The position numbers were made by a program, and so were the translations under genes. A stretch of DNA of 60,493 bases, the filler included, from Sphacelaria rigidula (taxonomy: Eukaryota), in the NCBI GenBank assembly GCA_964200075.2. It is 7 parts of 7 records of this genome, joined end to end, with 100 filler letters (N's around TTAATTAATTAA, not from the genome) between each part and the next. Parts side by side here need not be neighbours in the genome. Positions count along the whole stretch, not along the records: positions 17,315 to 25,870 come from CAXNAA020010786.1; positions 25,971 to 34,526 come from CAXNAA020010787.1; positions 34,627 to 43,182 come from CAXNAA020010788.1; 4 more parts are not named here. The stretch is one strand, 5' to 3'. The notes under the pieces are model-generated. The model saw only the letters and a list, made by a program, of their open reading frames with translations. It did not search any database and was not told the origin of the DNA. Shown here piece after piece: positions 24,602-38,800 of the stretch. The number at the start of each line of letters is the position of its first letter. The first letter of the stretch is position 1.

Positions 24602-26859
24602 AAAAGTTGGTCTTAGCACATCATTTTTCGATCGAAAAAGGGCGGCGGATAACAAAAATCCCGATCTGATAAATCGTGATTTCAACCATCTTCAAAATTA
24701 TTGACGATGGTTGAAATCACGATCTATCATATTGGGATGCCTATTTTCCACCGCACAATTTCGATCGAAAACCAATGGCTAAGACACACCCTAAGACGGT
24801 ACATGGTCACTCGTTCGCGTACAGTACAGACAGTCTGTACTGTCTGCACTGCTTGTGTACGTGTTTCGTACAAGAAGATATTAAAGAGAAGGGCAAAGTG
24901 GAGTCCAGACAGCCCAGGACCGTCAGTTCTCTCTGCTTACAATGCGACGTGAAAAGAACGTCGGCAACGTGCAGCTTTGTACTGCCTGCACTGTCCATGA
25001 GCGTGCACGCAACTCGGTTGCGCACCGTACCACGCGGTTCGGTCGCTGATCCCTACCATGTTCTTGCAAAGAAGATGCGCAAGCTCTCGCCAACAAAAAG
25101 TAAATAAAGTGTAGCCAACTACTGCAATGTGTCTGTCCTTGGGCTCAATACGTGCTCTATGCTGCAGGGTTGTGGTGGTAGCTGAGAATGAGTTCGATGG
25201 AGTTTGCATGGTCCTGTGAGCAGGTGTTATCTGGCATGGTGGTCTCTAAGATAGGGGTCAAATGCCGCTTCGTGCCTTTCGACCGCATGTTTTCGATCGA
25301 AAATGATTATTTTCTGTGTCGAATAGTTTTCCTCCGCGCGCCACTAATTGTAATTTTGACTTGAAGCCTTCTAGGAACATAAATGCGGTGGAACTATCAG
25401 ATCGGCAACAAAAGAGATCGACCGCACGTTTTCGATCGAAAAAAAAGGGTGCTAAGACACGCCCTAAGCCTACTTCGTATGTATAAAAAACCAGTGTCAG
25501 AAAACGCGTTTTCCGATAACAGGCCAAAACCCTACTTCTTACGTGATGAGAAAACGAGTTTTACGATAAGAAGTTTTTTGGGTTGGGGACTGGCGCTACG
25601 CGCCAGTACCAGGTAAGCTGGCTGAGGAGAGCAGCCAGTTTACTGGGCCCTATCAGTACATTGGTGTCGCGGCGAAGCCGCGACCACCGCCACCCCCGGC
25701 TGGTGAGGGGGCCCCGCCGGAGGCGTATTTTTACGCGATCTGGCTTCACTAGAAGATATTTTTTGGGTGATTTTGGGCAACTTCGATGATGTCTGCCCGG
25801 GTGTGAAAACGTTTCTTCTCGAAATACTTGTTACTATACCCAGAGAAAAACTTCAACAATCGTGATTCGCNNNNNNNNNNNNNNNNNNNNNNNNNNNNNN
25901 NNNNNNNNNNNNNNTTAATTAATTAANNNNNNNNNNNNNNNNNNNNNNNNNNNNNNNNNNNNNNNNNNNNCCCACATATACCGAAAGGTGAAGACTGGCG
26001 CCCAGAATAAATGGGACGACAACACACACGCACACACGCACACACACACACACACAACTGTGGACACATCAGAGTAAAAAAGGTATCTCGAACTCGACGT
26101 TCCCTGCATATTTCGCAATAATCAAATCTTTTCTGGACGCCAGTTTACAACTTTTGGTACATGTGGGCGCATCAGCCGGGGTCACACAGGAGGAACGCTG
26201 AGACCATCCGTTATAGCAGTCACCAATCTCGATTTTTCCGAGTATCGGGGGAAAAAAAATCGGAGAACGTATTTTATGGGACCCGATATGGACAAAATCG
26301 GGGGAGAAAAAAAAACGTGGAGTGCCACGATCTCAGAACGATTTCCCCCGATTTTTCGGAAAATCGGGGGAAAGCTGAGGTCCCCCTGACTTTGACGTGA
26401 CATACGTGCTTTGACGTACAATGAGAGGGTACGAGGCGTTTGATATTCTTGCAACCCCAGCAGGAGACATTATCGTGACAACGCAGGGCGCGCCTGCCCG
26501 CGCCAGCTGCTGTAGCAGCTTCCCACGAGGTTTGACAAAGCGGATAATACCTGTTGACGCCGTACCCTACGGCGATGGTAATATTTCACACCCTGTACGA
26601 CAATAGTTGGTAGTTGTTTCTCAAACAACTAAATTTGGTTGGTTACAGTTGAAAAAAAATGAAAAATGATGATGGCGAAGGGGTTGGGTGCTGGCGAGAC
26701 AGTTTGACATGTCGGATAGACAGAGAGGCGGATCTTCTGCGTCTGGGAGAATATGGGAGGTTGCAGATGAAATTGGCTGAAGAGAAAAATATTCAACGTT
26801 CGAGAAAATTTGAAATTAGCCGAAGAGCTCGAACGTGAAGCGGTTGTACACATACGGGT

Positions 26860-27445
26860 CGTGTGTGAAATGCAACGTATGTAATCTGCAGAAAATAATA
26901 GGGAAATTCCACGAACTCGCCGACGAAGGCGAGCGGGGAGTAACATTCGAAGAACAGCCGATCAGCACGACTGTATAGCGACTGTTCACGGCTCGTCCGA
27001 GACATGCAACGTATCGAGATCTGCACCAAAAACTAGGAATACGTTTGAAATTTATCAGTTCGCCGATTTGAACGAGCGGGGAGTAAAGTTTGACAAATCA
27101 GCCGCTGAGCACAATCGTATACTCGTAGCGGCTGTACTGTAAACGTCGGGAAGTCGGTGAAATTCAACTTATGAAAATCTGCACAATGAAAGAGACGGCT
27201 CGTCCGAGACATGCAACGTATCGAGATCTGCACCAAAAAATAAGAATAAATTCGAAATTAATCAATTTGCCGATTTGAACGAGCGGGGAGTAAAGTTTGA
27301 CAAATCAGCCGTTGAGCACGATCGCATACTCGTAGCGGCTGCACCGTAGACGTCGGGACGTCGGTGAAATTGAACTTATGAAAATCTGCACAATGAAAGA
27401 GACGGCTCGTCCGAGGAATGCAACGTATCGAGATCTGCACAGAAA
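26860..27445. repeat. Tandem repeat, ~207-bp unit (2 full copies plus a partial one)
   Basis: ATGCAACGTATCGAGATCTGCAC recurs at ~27004, ~27211 and ~27418. Confidence 0.88.
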
Positions 27446-28294
27446 AATGGGAATAAATGTTCACACCCCAAAAATCCGACTTGACAGTCGACGAGGGAAA
27501 GGGACTGAAGAACCCCTCTCGCGATAAAAAATAAAGGCAAGCGCCGCAGAAGGAAGGTGGGGTACTAAAAACAAATAATACATAAAGACTCCTATGTTGA
27601 CCTTCCTCCTGTGTGACCCCGGCTGATGCCCCCACATATACCGAAAGGTGTAGACGGGCACCCAGAATAAATGGGACGACAACACACGCACAACACACAC
27701 ATTACAGTTTTTGGTTTGTTTTTTTGTTCAAGTACTTGCATTTTATTCATCGCGGGACGGGTTCAGCGGTCCCTTTCCCTCGTCGACCGCGAAGTCCAAT
27801 TTCGTGCACCCACGACATCGTCGCTTTCCACTGCTTGGCATGGTGAGAGTAAAAATCCCAGATCGCGTAAACTCACCAAGATTCTAACCCACGACCCAAG
27901 CATCAGAAGGTTTCGAGGTTACCAATGACTGTGCCACCGGGACGATACATCATGATGTATCAGTAGATCACGGTATCAAATGCCGTATCAAAACACGGGA
28001 CTTGACAGATTGCGGATAGTTTCTTCTTTGAAGATGAACCTTCGGAACCTTCAAATAAGCATCGGCGTATCATCGAAAACAATATAAAAATGCACTCTTC
28101 GGCCGTGATGCGTGACCTCTCTCATTCGGGGTATGGGTGGATCCTCATATCCCCCGATTTGGGGGGATGTAACATTTTCGGTTTGGGACCGTGATATTTC
28201 AGTGATACGGGATTTTAGCCTATTCCGCTAATGGAACACACCAAAAACAGTTAATGCACCATGCGCTTTAGCATTTGATGCGGAGGGGAGAGAG

Positions 28295-28497
28295 TAAGGC
28301 CGTGCCTTTGCACATCTTTTCTAGATCGAAAAAGTGCGGGGGAAAACGAAAATTCCGATCTGATAGGTCGTGATTTCAAGCACCGTCAGCATAAAGGGCG
28401 ATCGTTGAAATCACGACCTTTCAAGTATTGAAATTGTCCCTCTTTCACCGGACATTCCTGATAAAAATGAAAAAAAATGTGCGTAGACACGCCCTAA
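28295..28497. mobile_element. PIF/Harbinger (Tourist-like) MITE with TAA target duplication; relatives at 24603-24795 and ~25260-25468
   Basis: TAA|GGCCGTGCCTTTGCAC ... GTGCGTAGACACGCCC|TAA, with an internal hairpin GTCGTGATTTCAA/TTGAAATCACGAC. Confidence 0.7.
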
Positions 28498-29317
28498 GTC
28501 GTGCGAAGCAAGCACGAAGCCGCGGTAACGATGGAGCGCGATTCATACCCTACGCAAGACTTCATATCAGACCGCGGGAAGACATGAGAGAATTTCACCA
28601 AAATATTTGGCAACCACCACAAAGAGAAGACAAATTCCCTCAAATGTCTGTCAAGGAATCACCGTTTCACACTGGCGACACCATCAGACAGCTCGTGCGC
28701 TTCACGAACAGTATGTCCCGGGTTTAAATCTCGGATCCCACGCAAACGGTGGGTGCCAAGAACAATGGTGGATACCACCTGAAGCAGAGTTGAAAACTCG
28801 CGGATAATCTCCTACGGCGACTGTTGGTTGGGTGACTCAACATCAATAAAATATGTGACCTCAAAGGTTACTCCTACTGTACAAAACCTCCAAGAGCTTC
28901 ATGAAGGGGGGGGGGGTGATGTGAGAACCACCACGTAAAAGGGACAAACTCCCCCACAAGCGTCTGTCAAGGAATCTCCTTTTCATAGAGCTCGGAAATG
29001 GTTTGTCGAACCATCAACCAGTTGCATGGTTACGCGTAGCCCAACCATTAACCAGTTGCATGGTACATAATGATTTGAATCGACCATCATATTTTCTTCA
29101 AATAACCATCATCATTATACCATTATACCGATGATGGCCAGTTACAACTGGTACAATTTCCGAGCCCTACCTTTTCACATATAAATATACATATAGGTAT
29201 AATGATACAAAAATATGTGTATAATAGTGTTTCCACGTAGCGGAAGGAGTGCGATTTTCCCGGCGCAATCCCATCGTATGCCCGTTCATCTCGCTCCATG
29301 CTCCGGTTCGCTCCACG

Positions 29318-29440
29318 AAGGGCCGTTATTGACGGGCTTTATTGTTCATTTATTTTCGTCCGTTTTATGGTGAAATCTGGACGAAAATGAATGAAAATTG
29401 ATGAAACTGTGATAAATATAACCCGTCAATCAAGTCCCTT
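29318..29440. mobile_element. Small MITE with ~19-bp TIRs
   Basis: AAGGGCCGTTATTGACGGG ... CCCGTCAATCAAGTCCCTT. Confidence 0.6.
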
Positions 29441-32044
29441 ATAATCCTTCGACGGCCGGAGGTGGTCTGTTGTGGAATCGGCATGACTTGCATTCGTTTC
29501 TCATGTGAAAGCGATGCCAAATTGCACAAAATAGATCCACCTGCGGCGGTCGAACGGGTTAAAAGGTGTCAAGTCATTTGTAAGATCCTCGACACTAAGG
29601 CCGTACCTTACCATTTTTTTTTGTTTTCGAACGAAATAGTGCCGCGGAATTAAAATCGTTTGTTGGGCACGGTTTGGCTCCGAGCAAACTTGAAAGCTTT
29701 CCATCTGAAAAAGAGGGTGGAATTCGTGAGGCGGCTACTGGTTCGGTTGTATTCAGTATAGACAGCATGACGTGAAAACGAAGCGAGCGATATGAAGTAC
29801 AGACAAAACAGGGATGTCTGTATCCTTTGCATACAGGATGCACGCCGATAAGATTTGTTGAATAATCACTTGCAATTTTGTACTGCCTTCACTATCCATG
29901 AGCGTGTACGCAATTCGGTCACCCACGCCTACCATGCGATTCCGTCGCTGGACCCTACTAGAATATAAGGCGCTAAAGTTTTCGCCCACAAAAAATAAAC
30001 ACATCGCACCGAGAAGGTGACAGTGTCGGTTCCCACCGTCACAGTGCAGTGCATGCATCCCTGTGCTCAATTCGTGATCTATGCTGCAGGGATTGATTGA
30101 TAGCTGAAAAGGAACGGTGTGGGGTTTGCATGCTCCTCTGAAATGGTGGGGTATCTGACATGCTTGTCTCCAAGATGGAGTGAACCGCCCCTTCGTTCTT
30201 TTCCGCCGCGTGTTTTCGACCGAAAAAACTGAGCTTTCCTGCTTCTCACCCTGCCGGTCTGTGCGCCAGAATGTTGGACGTGTCTCTATTAGGAGTAGGA
30301 ACGGTTCTCCGTCTCGAAAGGGATGCGTGGTCAATGGTCAGACGACTAAGTCAAGCAACACATGAGAACGCCACGCCCCTGCCGGTCGCGCGCAAACACT
30401 TATAAAACGGACTTGCAGCTATCTGAGAACATTAATGCCGCTGGCGTATCAGATACGAGCTATTTTGATTCCACCGCACTTTTTCGATACGAAAAAAAAT
30501 GGCAACACACTGCCCAAGATAAGGTCGTGCCCTAGCGATACCAATAAGAGGAGCGGAAAAAAAAAAAAAACGTCCAAAGAGCAGCATGGATTGATTAATC
30601 GCCGGGCGGGTACACGACCTGATTTTCATACAGATGTTTCCGAATCAAGTGCCCGAGCTTCGTCTTTGTTCTTTAGAAAGAATGCAACAGCTCTCTACTG
30701 CACGCAGTCTACTGCCACGGGGGTCAATAATATCATCCATCATTTTTTGTCACATGATATCGAGAAGTCGTTCATGACGCCCGAAGTAACCAGTGGCTGA
30801 GAATCGCTTCGCGTGCTCGGTTCCACCGGCTTCTTCGGGGTCCCGCGTAATATATACCGTCCATGATCGCGGAATAATTTCACTCCTTGAATGACGCCCA
30901 AGCTCACCGATATCGAGGAATTTCTTACGGGCTGGTCCAGGGTTGAATACCCAAAATTCATTCCCCTCTAGATACAGGAGGTAAATCTGACACGATAAAA
31001 AATACATCTGGTATCACCGTGAGACCCCCATGAGTAAGCCAACAGTGTGACATGACCAGATTTCTTCTTGCGCTGGTAGTGACGATGTTCCTCGGCCAAT
31101 CAGGGGTCTTCAAATTGTTCTGAAGCCAAAAGTGCGAATTCCCGACACAATTTGCACCCAATCTCATCACCAATCTAATCTTAGTAATAACCGGCATCAG
31201 CGAGGGAATCCAGCGCCGAAAACAGATTTGAAAACGGTTGGTATAGGATCGAGTTATACCCCAAAAAGCGGTATTTCGGTGTATGTGGGGTTTTGGCGTC
31301 ATCAGATTCCCACTGATAATATGCACCGAAGACTCGAATAATTTTGACATTTTCCCTAGTAACTTTCGTAGAATAGCTCCGATCATCCTCAAGCGTGGCA
31401 GTTTGGAAGATATTTGGCGAAGAGGAAAATAAATAAATCAAAGGCCCCAATCGTACAGCCGTTCTAAATATCTATCAGGGTACGCGTGTGCAAAATTTCA
31501 GGGTCTCACTCGAAATCCCCCCGTCGAAAACCGCTGAGGAGTAAATTCCAGTCGTTTACCCCGAACCAGCCTGTACCTCATCCGTTTTCACCGCTTTATT
31601 GGGGTCCCCGGCCGCCAAAAATTGCTCGGGATCCTGGGACCCTTGAGACCAAGGGAAAAAAAAAATGATCTCAACTTTGACGCCACCTCTAGAGGAAATG
31701 TATGGAGTTGTGTCGTACCATCCAACACGAGAGAGGAATGGACCCGAAGAGACTTTCGGGGTTCTCGTGGACCACCGTGAAACAAGTTCTCGGAACATTT
31801 TTACGTCTGCTTATTTTCTCACGCCGTTGTGAAAAGTTGAGCATCGAAATTGCAGAGAAGTATATCTAGAGTCAAGCCTTTCTTCACCCCTGTTTGTGCC
31901 GCACAGCTTCGCCGATTTCTCGCGCTCCGTTCCACAGTGTGTGTGACAATAGTTTTCCTCGGTTTCACCGGTTTCTCGAGGCCCCCTATGAATTCTGGGC
32001 ATGACCCCAAGAAACCAGCGAAACCAACCGAAACGGAGATTAGT

Positions 32045-32235
32045 GTGCCCCCTATGATTTCGAACAAGCTATAACACCAACCCTAACCCTGAACCCAAAA
32101 AAGGTATACCGAGAACCCTCGGGGCGCCGATTTTGACAAAAACGCGTTCTGCGCACCCTAGCACACTTGGAGCACATCCCCAATAAAGATGCGGATTTCA
32201 GTGCCCACACTAAAATCAAGTCGAACTGAAAATCA
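32045..32235. repeat. Dispersed element with a telomere-like AACCCT motif; homologue at ~52200-52410
   Basis: Shared ACCGAGAACCCTCGGG...GTTCTGCGCAC...CACTTGG core preceded by AACCCTAACCCT-like hexamers. Confidence 0.55.
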
Positions 32236-34848
32236 ATCATAGCATCCTCCCAAGTGGTAACTATACTCACGAAACGACATGAGCACAAACACCGATGAGC
32301 TCTGGATTGACTTCAGGAACACATGTCGTGTCACTTCGTCTCCAAACTTTCCAGAATGGTGTAAGAAATGGCCGTTGGCTAAATATCTTGGTACTTTCGA
32401 GGACAGCATTCGGTATCTTCCTATATTTCATTTTCCAAGTTGCTTTGAGATTGGACGGGAGCTTCTGTACCATTGATCCGATGTATCATGAGGAGAGCCG
32501 CGGACTTTTCGCGTGGATGGCATTGGAACGGGAAAATACAGGAAGAGGTCAGGACGGGACGGAAGCATTTGCCAGTCACGCGAAAAATCAGGATGTGACG
32601 GCAAGGCAAGACGGGATCGCCACCCTCCAAGAAAAACGTACAGGACTGTCGAGATATCCCGTCCATCCTCAAATCTCACGGAAGGAACCAATCGCGTCCC
32701 GGAAATGCTCATCTCGTCTCATCATGATCATCACGGGACAAACGACCCTCGTCTAGTGAGATTCCAGTTCCGTTCCCACGTGGAAACAACACGCAACTTT
32801 GAACAATTCAGACTACTGTCGATAGAGGCCAGCGTGTCGTGTCTGACATTTACAATCTAGGTCGGACCATGGCGTAAAAGCACGAGCGGGAGAGGAAAGA
32901 CCGGGGAAATGCGAATCGCTGTCAAAGGACCATTATTTTCACCCGCCACGCCTGTTGCTTTGCCCTTAGCAGCAACTGTGACTGTCTCAGATGCGTGGCA
33001 GCGAAAATCCGGGAAGGACTCGTTGTTTTGACAGAAAAGATTGGAGCCAATTATCCTGAAGTCGACTGGAGGTCAAACACAAGAAAAAACTGCAGCCCTC
33101 TACCCCGCCGCCTTCTTCTCCGGTGTATGACACCGTGAAAATTCCACCTTGGTAGATATTTTGCAGGACTTCCAACGAGTGTCAAAACCGACTGCTCGTT
33201 TTCCGCTGAATCACATTCGACAGGGATTAGGAATGTCAATCCTTTGTCGAAACCTCGGGGCCATCCCCGACAAGTTGAAAACCAAGACCCCAAAACAGCA
33301 TACAGTAACATGACTAGGTGGTCGAAATTCACGGCAACATGGGCGGCCGGGAAGAAAGCCACCGGTGAAAAAAGGCAGGAAAAGGAGGAGACATGGGGAG
33401 ACAACCAGAGAAACCAGATTATGAAATGGACGTACCCTAGCTGCCGCCGATGGCGCGGTACCACACGCGCTGGTGGTGCTTGCTTTGTTTCCTGTACAAG
33501 TTTTCTGTTTTTCCTTTGTGCGTTTGTTCTTCTCACCGCTCTTCACTGGATGGAAATCTCACGGGACAATCATGGGGAGAGCACGGGATGGCCCGTTCCA
33601 TCCCCTGTCGACACATCATCATTCTTTCCAGCCTGTCCTGGTACCTTTTTCATCAACGGGAAATGAATCGGCCACGCCCCGTCGTTTTTCCAGCATTACG
33701 CTTCCAATCCTATCCTCTCGCGACAAATTTACAAAATTGCCGTCCGGTGCCGAAAATTATTCAAGCGGCGGGAAGAGTACCGTCTTGACGCCTTTACAGT
33801 TTTTCCCGTTCCCACCCTGTTCTCACGGGATATCCTCAACCTCTTACCGAGAATGTCAAGGGACGTGTCGTACCATCCTCACCAGATATCCCGTGCATGT
33901 GATATAATGTTTTGAATCAAATCCAGGCAGAACATGGCCGAGTACAGTACTATATTATCCATCACCAGCTGCTATTTTGTCCCCGACTTGTACGGTACCA
34001 AGAAGCTGTCGTGGAAGTACCATCGCTGCCTACTGTACTGGCCCCGAACCATCACCGGGGAAGCATGCATGGGCAATGGGGAAGCTGTGTACGCTGACAG
34101 AATGAGAAATATATCATGTGCAACTTTCATCCATGCCGATTTGGGACACTTTCATACCACAAGCGCACGCTCGTTTCAGCTTTTCGTCCGTTTGCAGCGC
34201 ACACGTACAACAACGAGCACACAGTGCTGACATGAACCTCATGATCACAAGGAACGCACGCGGAATGTTGGGGGAAACGATCGGTGAAGTCAAAAAGCCA
34301 CCAGCCAACCAGGATTTCTTCAGGTAGTGATGAGATGTTAGCTTCTCTTGTAGTTGGTGGAGTTCACTGATGCCAGCAATGCATATTCCTATTTTCCTTC
34401 GATTGAATCGTCGCTACCGCCTATCCTTTCTCGTCAAAACTGCTGTTGGTTGCTTTATTTCAAGGGTCGGACAAATAATGATTTGTCTGGAAATTACTTG
34501 GTTTTAGTATAATGAGTCGACTCGTGNNNNNNNNNNNNNNNNNNNNNNNNNNNNNNNNNNNNNNNNNNNNTTAATTAATTAANNNNNNNNNNNNNNNNNN
34601 NNNNNNNNNNNNNNNNNNNNNNNNNNCGCGTTTCTGGCCATTTTTCGTACCTTTCTTAGGCAAAAAACAAGAAGGTATACCTTTTCTAGGCCATTGCCCT
34701 AGATATATAGTTAGATAGGCACGACAAGGAAGGGTGGGTGTCTGCTACAAGTAGCTATGGTGTACGTGTATTGAAGTAGGCGCGCCCACTCACGGTCTGT
34801 GTGTATGTGTATATGTGTGTATGTATATCCAATCTACGATATCCTTCG

Positions 34849-35214
34849 AGTGCGTGTGTTGTCATCCCATCTCTCCTGGACGCCAATTTACACCGTCCGG
34901 TATGCCTGGGCGCATCAGCCAAGGTCGCACAGGAGGAAGGTCGCACACAGCAAGTGTCATATTTTACGTTGTTCTAGTTCCCCGCTTTCCTTCTGCGGTG
35001 TTTGCCTTCCTTTTAATCGCCGGAAGGGTTCGGCGGTCCCTTTCCGTCGTTGCCGTGAAATTAAACCTCGTGTAGTCACGATATAGTCACTCTCCACTCG
35101 TGAGCATGATGTGACAGAATCCCAGGTCGTGTGACTTACTTCACCGAGATTCGAACCCAAGTCCCAACCGCCACAAGGTTTCGAGGTTACCAACTGAGCC
35201 ACCGGGGCGACCGG
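34849..35214 (-). mobile_element. SINE family A, full-length copy
   Basis: Head gattcgaaccc...aactgagccaccggggcgaccgg and the family body. Confidence 0.85.
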
Positions 35215-35707
35215 CTCTCTAGCAGTGTGCCACATTTTGCGACTTGTGACGGCCGTTTTTACCACTTAGCGGGTGATCCCAATGCATCCATCAATATGTT
35301 ACACAAGCTCGTGCGTTAACGATGCCTACACATCGATAAAAAGACCCCTGGTGCTGGGTTGCTGTCTGCTCCTAAAAACAGTATCGTACATACTTTCACG
35401 TGGGTTTCGATATGCTACTTCACAACAAGAACCGAAAACAATAAAAAAGTCTCTACATTACTTTTGAATCGAGGGTACACAGGATGACTGATATCTTGTA
35501 CCTACGAAAATATGGGAGATGATTCGCCATTTCCAAGATACCAGGTTGTTACGAGAAGTGCCCCTTCGGCCTGCAGAAAACGTGGATACGTTTGAAAGCT
35601 CCGCTCTGAAGCTTTTCTTGCTTTACTCGCATGTGCTTCAAAAATTGATCCTGCATCTAGCGTTTGGAGTGCGCCTGGTTGAACAATCAAGAGACAGTGC
35701 CCGTCAC

Positions 35708-35875
35708 CTTGTATTGCATGACGAACGCAACGGCAAACTTGAGAATCTCCGCCATGACAACAGCAGTGGTTGAAATGTACATCCTCCTCTCCTGTCCTTC
35801 ATCCTGTTTCCTGGTGAACCGCATCACCAGCGCGAGGGCGGAGTTCTGCAAAATGAGCGTTACAAGGGCTCCTCC
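35708..35875 (-). CDS. Exon of an SLC35A-type nucleotide-sugar transporter (UDP-galactose/CMP-sialic acid transporter family), TM1-TM2
   Basis: Acceptor tgtcAG and donor AAG|GTGACG, phase 0-0. GGALVTLILQNSALALVMRFTR...YISTTAVVMAEILKF matches the N-terminal motifs (LxxQN..., YxxxTAVxxxExxK) of the SLC35A family. Confidence 0.88.
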
Positions 35876-38800
35876 CTGACAAACAAGAGAAAGAAAAACG
35901 AACCAGAAATATGTAGACGGTGCGTTGAAAACATTATCCGTAGCCAAACCCACGGCCCACCCACCCGCACACTGGTCAGAAAACAAAAATAGTGTAACCT
36001 TCAACAGTTCTGAGCCTGCCTGCTAAGATACAGGAACTTCGATACGATCCGATACGAACATTTTGCGTTGGGTTCCGAGGTGCATTCAATCGATGAACTC
36101 CACTCCTTGGATACAGAAATTGCACATATTCCCCCGAAAAATTTCGCAGATTTGTATTATCTGGTGGTAGCAGCTATGTATTTTTCGTTTCAGAAGCCGA
36201 CTGAACGAAGTGGTGTTATTTTTTTTCTTGGATATGCATACCCTACAATGTTGTTCAAAGAAACACAGCAACCCTTTTTTGCGTCGGCGTCGACTTCAAA
36301 CTCGAAACTACACACGTGGCCACATGGTGGAAATAAAATGAAGCTGGAGTGTGATCGTTCTATATTTGAACCTCCATTTTCGAGTCACGGTTGACGTGGA
36401 GTTGCTTGGGACCAAGGACGGACATGAGCAGTCAGCATCGCTCAGTCCTTTCGTCATCAATGTCGACAAGTGTGCAAAATTTCAGGTCAAAAGTTGAACG
36501 CTGATAGCGGTAAAAGCGATAACAGTGCGCTCAATAATTTGGGGTATACATATTATACCTTCCGGCATGTTAAGTCGTATATTTACTCGAGATTCGGGTA
36601 AGCTCCAAGAAGAAGACATCACCACGTTTACCTCAAACCTGGTGAGAGTAGCGACCACTGCCCTCGTGCAACCATTCGTCAATCTCATCTCGAACGTCCG
36701 AAAACACGGGAAAGGGAAACATGCTCACTTGGCCTCGAGCGAATCGATTTGCCCTCACTAAATGTCACCTCTTGGGCGCCGAATGCCACACACTGCCTCC
36801 AGATCAACCGCCGTACACGGGATAGCACATTAGTTTTCTCAACAAGGACGGCTACGCAAATGATCCAGAGGATAACGTGAGTTTGTATGGAACGTAGTGT
36901 ACAACTACCCCACACTTATTTGTGTTGCGGTTGATTGGGGCGTACCGCCATGGTGTTGACACGGTGCCCTCTGCGTGTACAGTACCTTGCCGATCCCGCT
37001 ACAGTCGCGTTTGAGGGAACGACTGTGCCCCCCTTACTGTGGTAAAGACACGCCTTGCTTGGGTAGTTGGGTACCTCAAGTGCCCTTGACGAAGTCTTCG
37101 GTTTTATAAACACGGCATCTGTCGGTCACAAGAGAGTAATTCAAACGCTATGCGGCTGCAAGTCATGCTATCGGCCTCAAGCAGTGATGTTGGCATCAGT
37201 TGCGCAGGCTTACTCAACGCCTGGAAACAGTCTCAACCACTAGCGGCCACCTCGTTCTATGCAAATAACCAAATGGATACAAACATACAGCGGAGCGATT
37301 AGAATAAACAGCGAAACAATTGCCGGCCTCGTGCAAAATGAAAACTAGCGCTGTCTTTCGAAGTACGAAAGAGCAGGTGGGGGTCGATGTTCTAAGTTCA
37401 GGCACACGCCTCCCACTCTCGCAACAGCCACGGTATGTTCTGTTGGCATCACATCAAACCCAAACCACCACCATATTGTTCGCGCAGCTGTTTTCGATAT
37501 CGGTGTCTACAGTCTGATCGTCCAGCATACATGAAACACCGTAATATTGCGCATTGCGGCTTAGGTAACGAGATGCTCCGTCCAACACGACGAAAAATAA
37601 CCATACTTTCCAACCTCATGATTGTTGATGTGGTGTCCCCAGGATAACAAGCCATCACGCATGCCACAGCTCGGCATCGGTGAGTGACCTATATGCGTGC
37701 CATTCGTGTGGGGGGCACCGCTGTTCTCCATATGTTCACTTGCATAGTTCCCTCATTTGCACGGTAATCTGCAGCGCATTGGAGGATGGGTGTGTAAACT
37801 ACAAGAACTTAGAGCGCTTGACGCGGACGAAATTTGTTTTGTCATTGTAGACTATTTTTGTGGCGGCCATAACCCACCCTGTATCGTATTTCATGTCATA
37901 CCATTGGATCGCACCTGAGTGAAGAGCTGTAAAACACTTCAACTTATATCTCAAGCCCGAATCTGGACGGAGAGGCGGGTACCCTCGACCCAAGTAGTTA
38001 CGACGCCAGACCTGGTGAGACCTCTGAGGCTGAAGTTCGAGGGATGAGTGACAGTACGTTAGTGGACTCCAAGTAAGGGTGTACAACTTGACCACTTTTC
38101 GTCACACTATTCCCAAGACATTGCTACGAGCTGACCGCACTCCAAACATGGATGTCATGTAGTGATACCAAAGAAAAAAGCGATGCGGTTGAGTTTTCGA
38201 ACTGCCCGGAGACCACGCCGCACTCTTGAAGAGGCACGGGGATAGATTTGTTCACTCAACAAGATCTCCATGCACTATACTTCAGATCATACCTAGAGCT
38301 GATGCAGCTGCTTGCAGAGATCCACAGTTGTTTCTCAGTGGCTTTTGGGCAACTTACAAAATTTTCTAGAAGGCCGAAAGAGAGGGAAGGGTGTGTTGGA
38401 ACTGAGACACATGCCACCCGCTAGCTCACCGCAAAAATAATTGTTCGATTGGACCCTGGGACACTGCAAAATCTTAGATTAGGCGCATGTATCCTGAGCA
38501 AGATCGGCCTGATTCTAAGCTACGCGCAGGGGTGGATAGCTCGATCTTTCTTCATTTGTCGTCATGGATCGGCCAAAAAAGGTCTATTTGTGGACCTCAA
38601 TGACGCTTTTTAGGAAAAAAACAATCGTGCATTTTATTGAATTACGATAAAACTGCTCACACATGGCACCGCGCAAAACACCGCACGGGATTCTTCGTTC
38701 TCATCAGTAATCCGCTTATTTGAATTTCATGTCGGGGGCTGAAGCAAGCTAAAGTGAAGGACGAGTGGGGGACAGAAATATTCCCGGTACAAATTTTCAT

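Noticed and set aside
24378-26423. Apparent 2-kb element bounded by inverted copies at 24378-24601 and 26211-26423
   Set aside because: The two copies lie on different contigs separated by an artificial linker.
30740-31450. Possible decayed transposase (CKLC motif on the minus strand)
   Set aside because: Multiple stops and no recognisable catalytic motif; too weak to call.
34232-34323. Possible first exon MNLMITRNARGMLGETIGEVKKPPANQDFF with a CAG|GTAGTG donor
   Set aside because: Short, no recognisable domain, and no partner exon on the contig to test phase.
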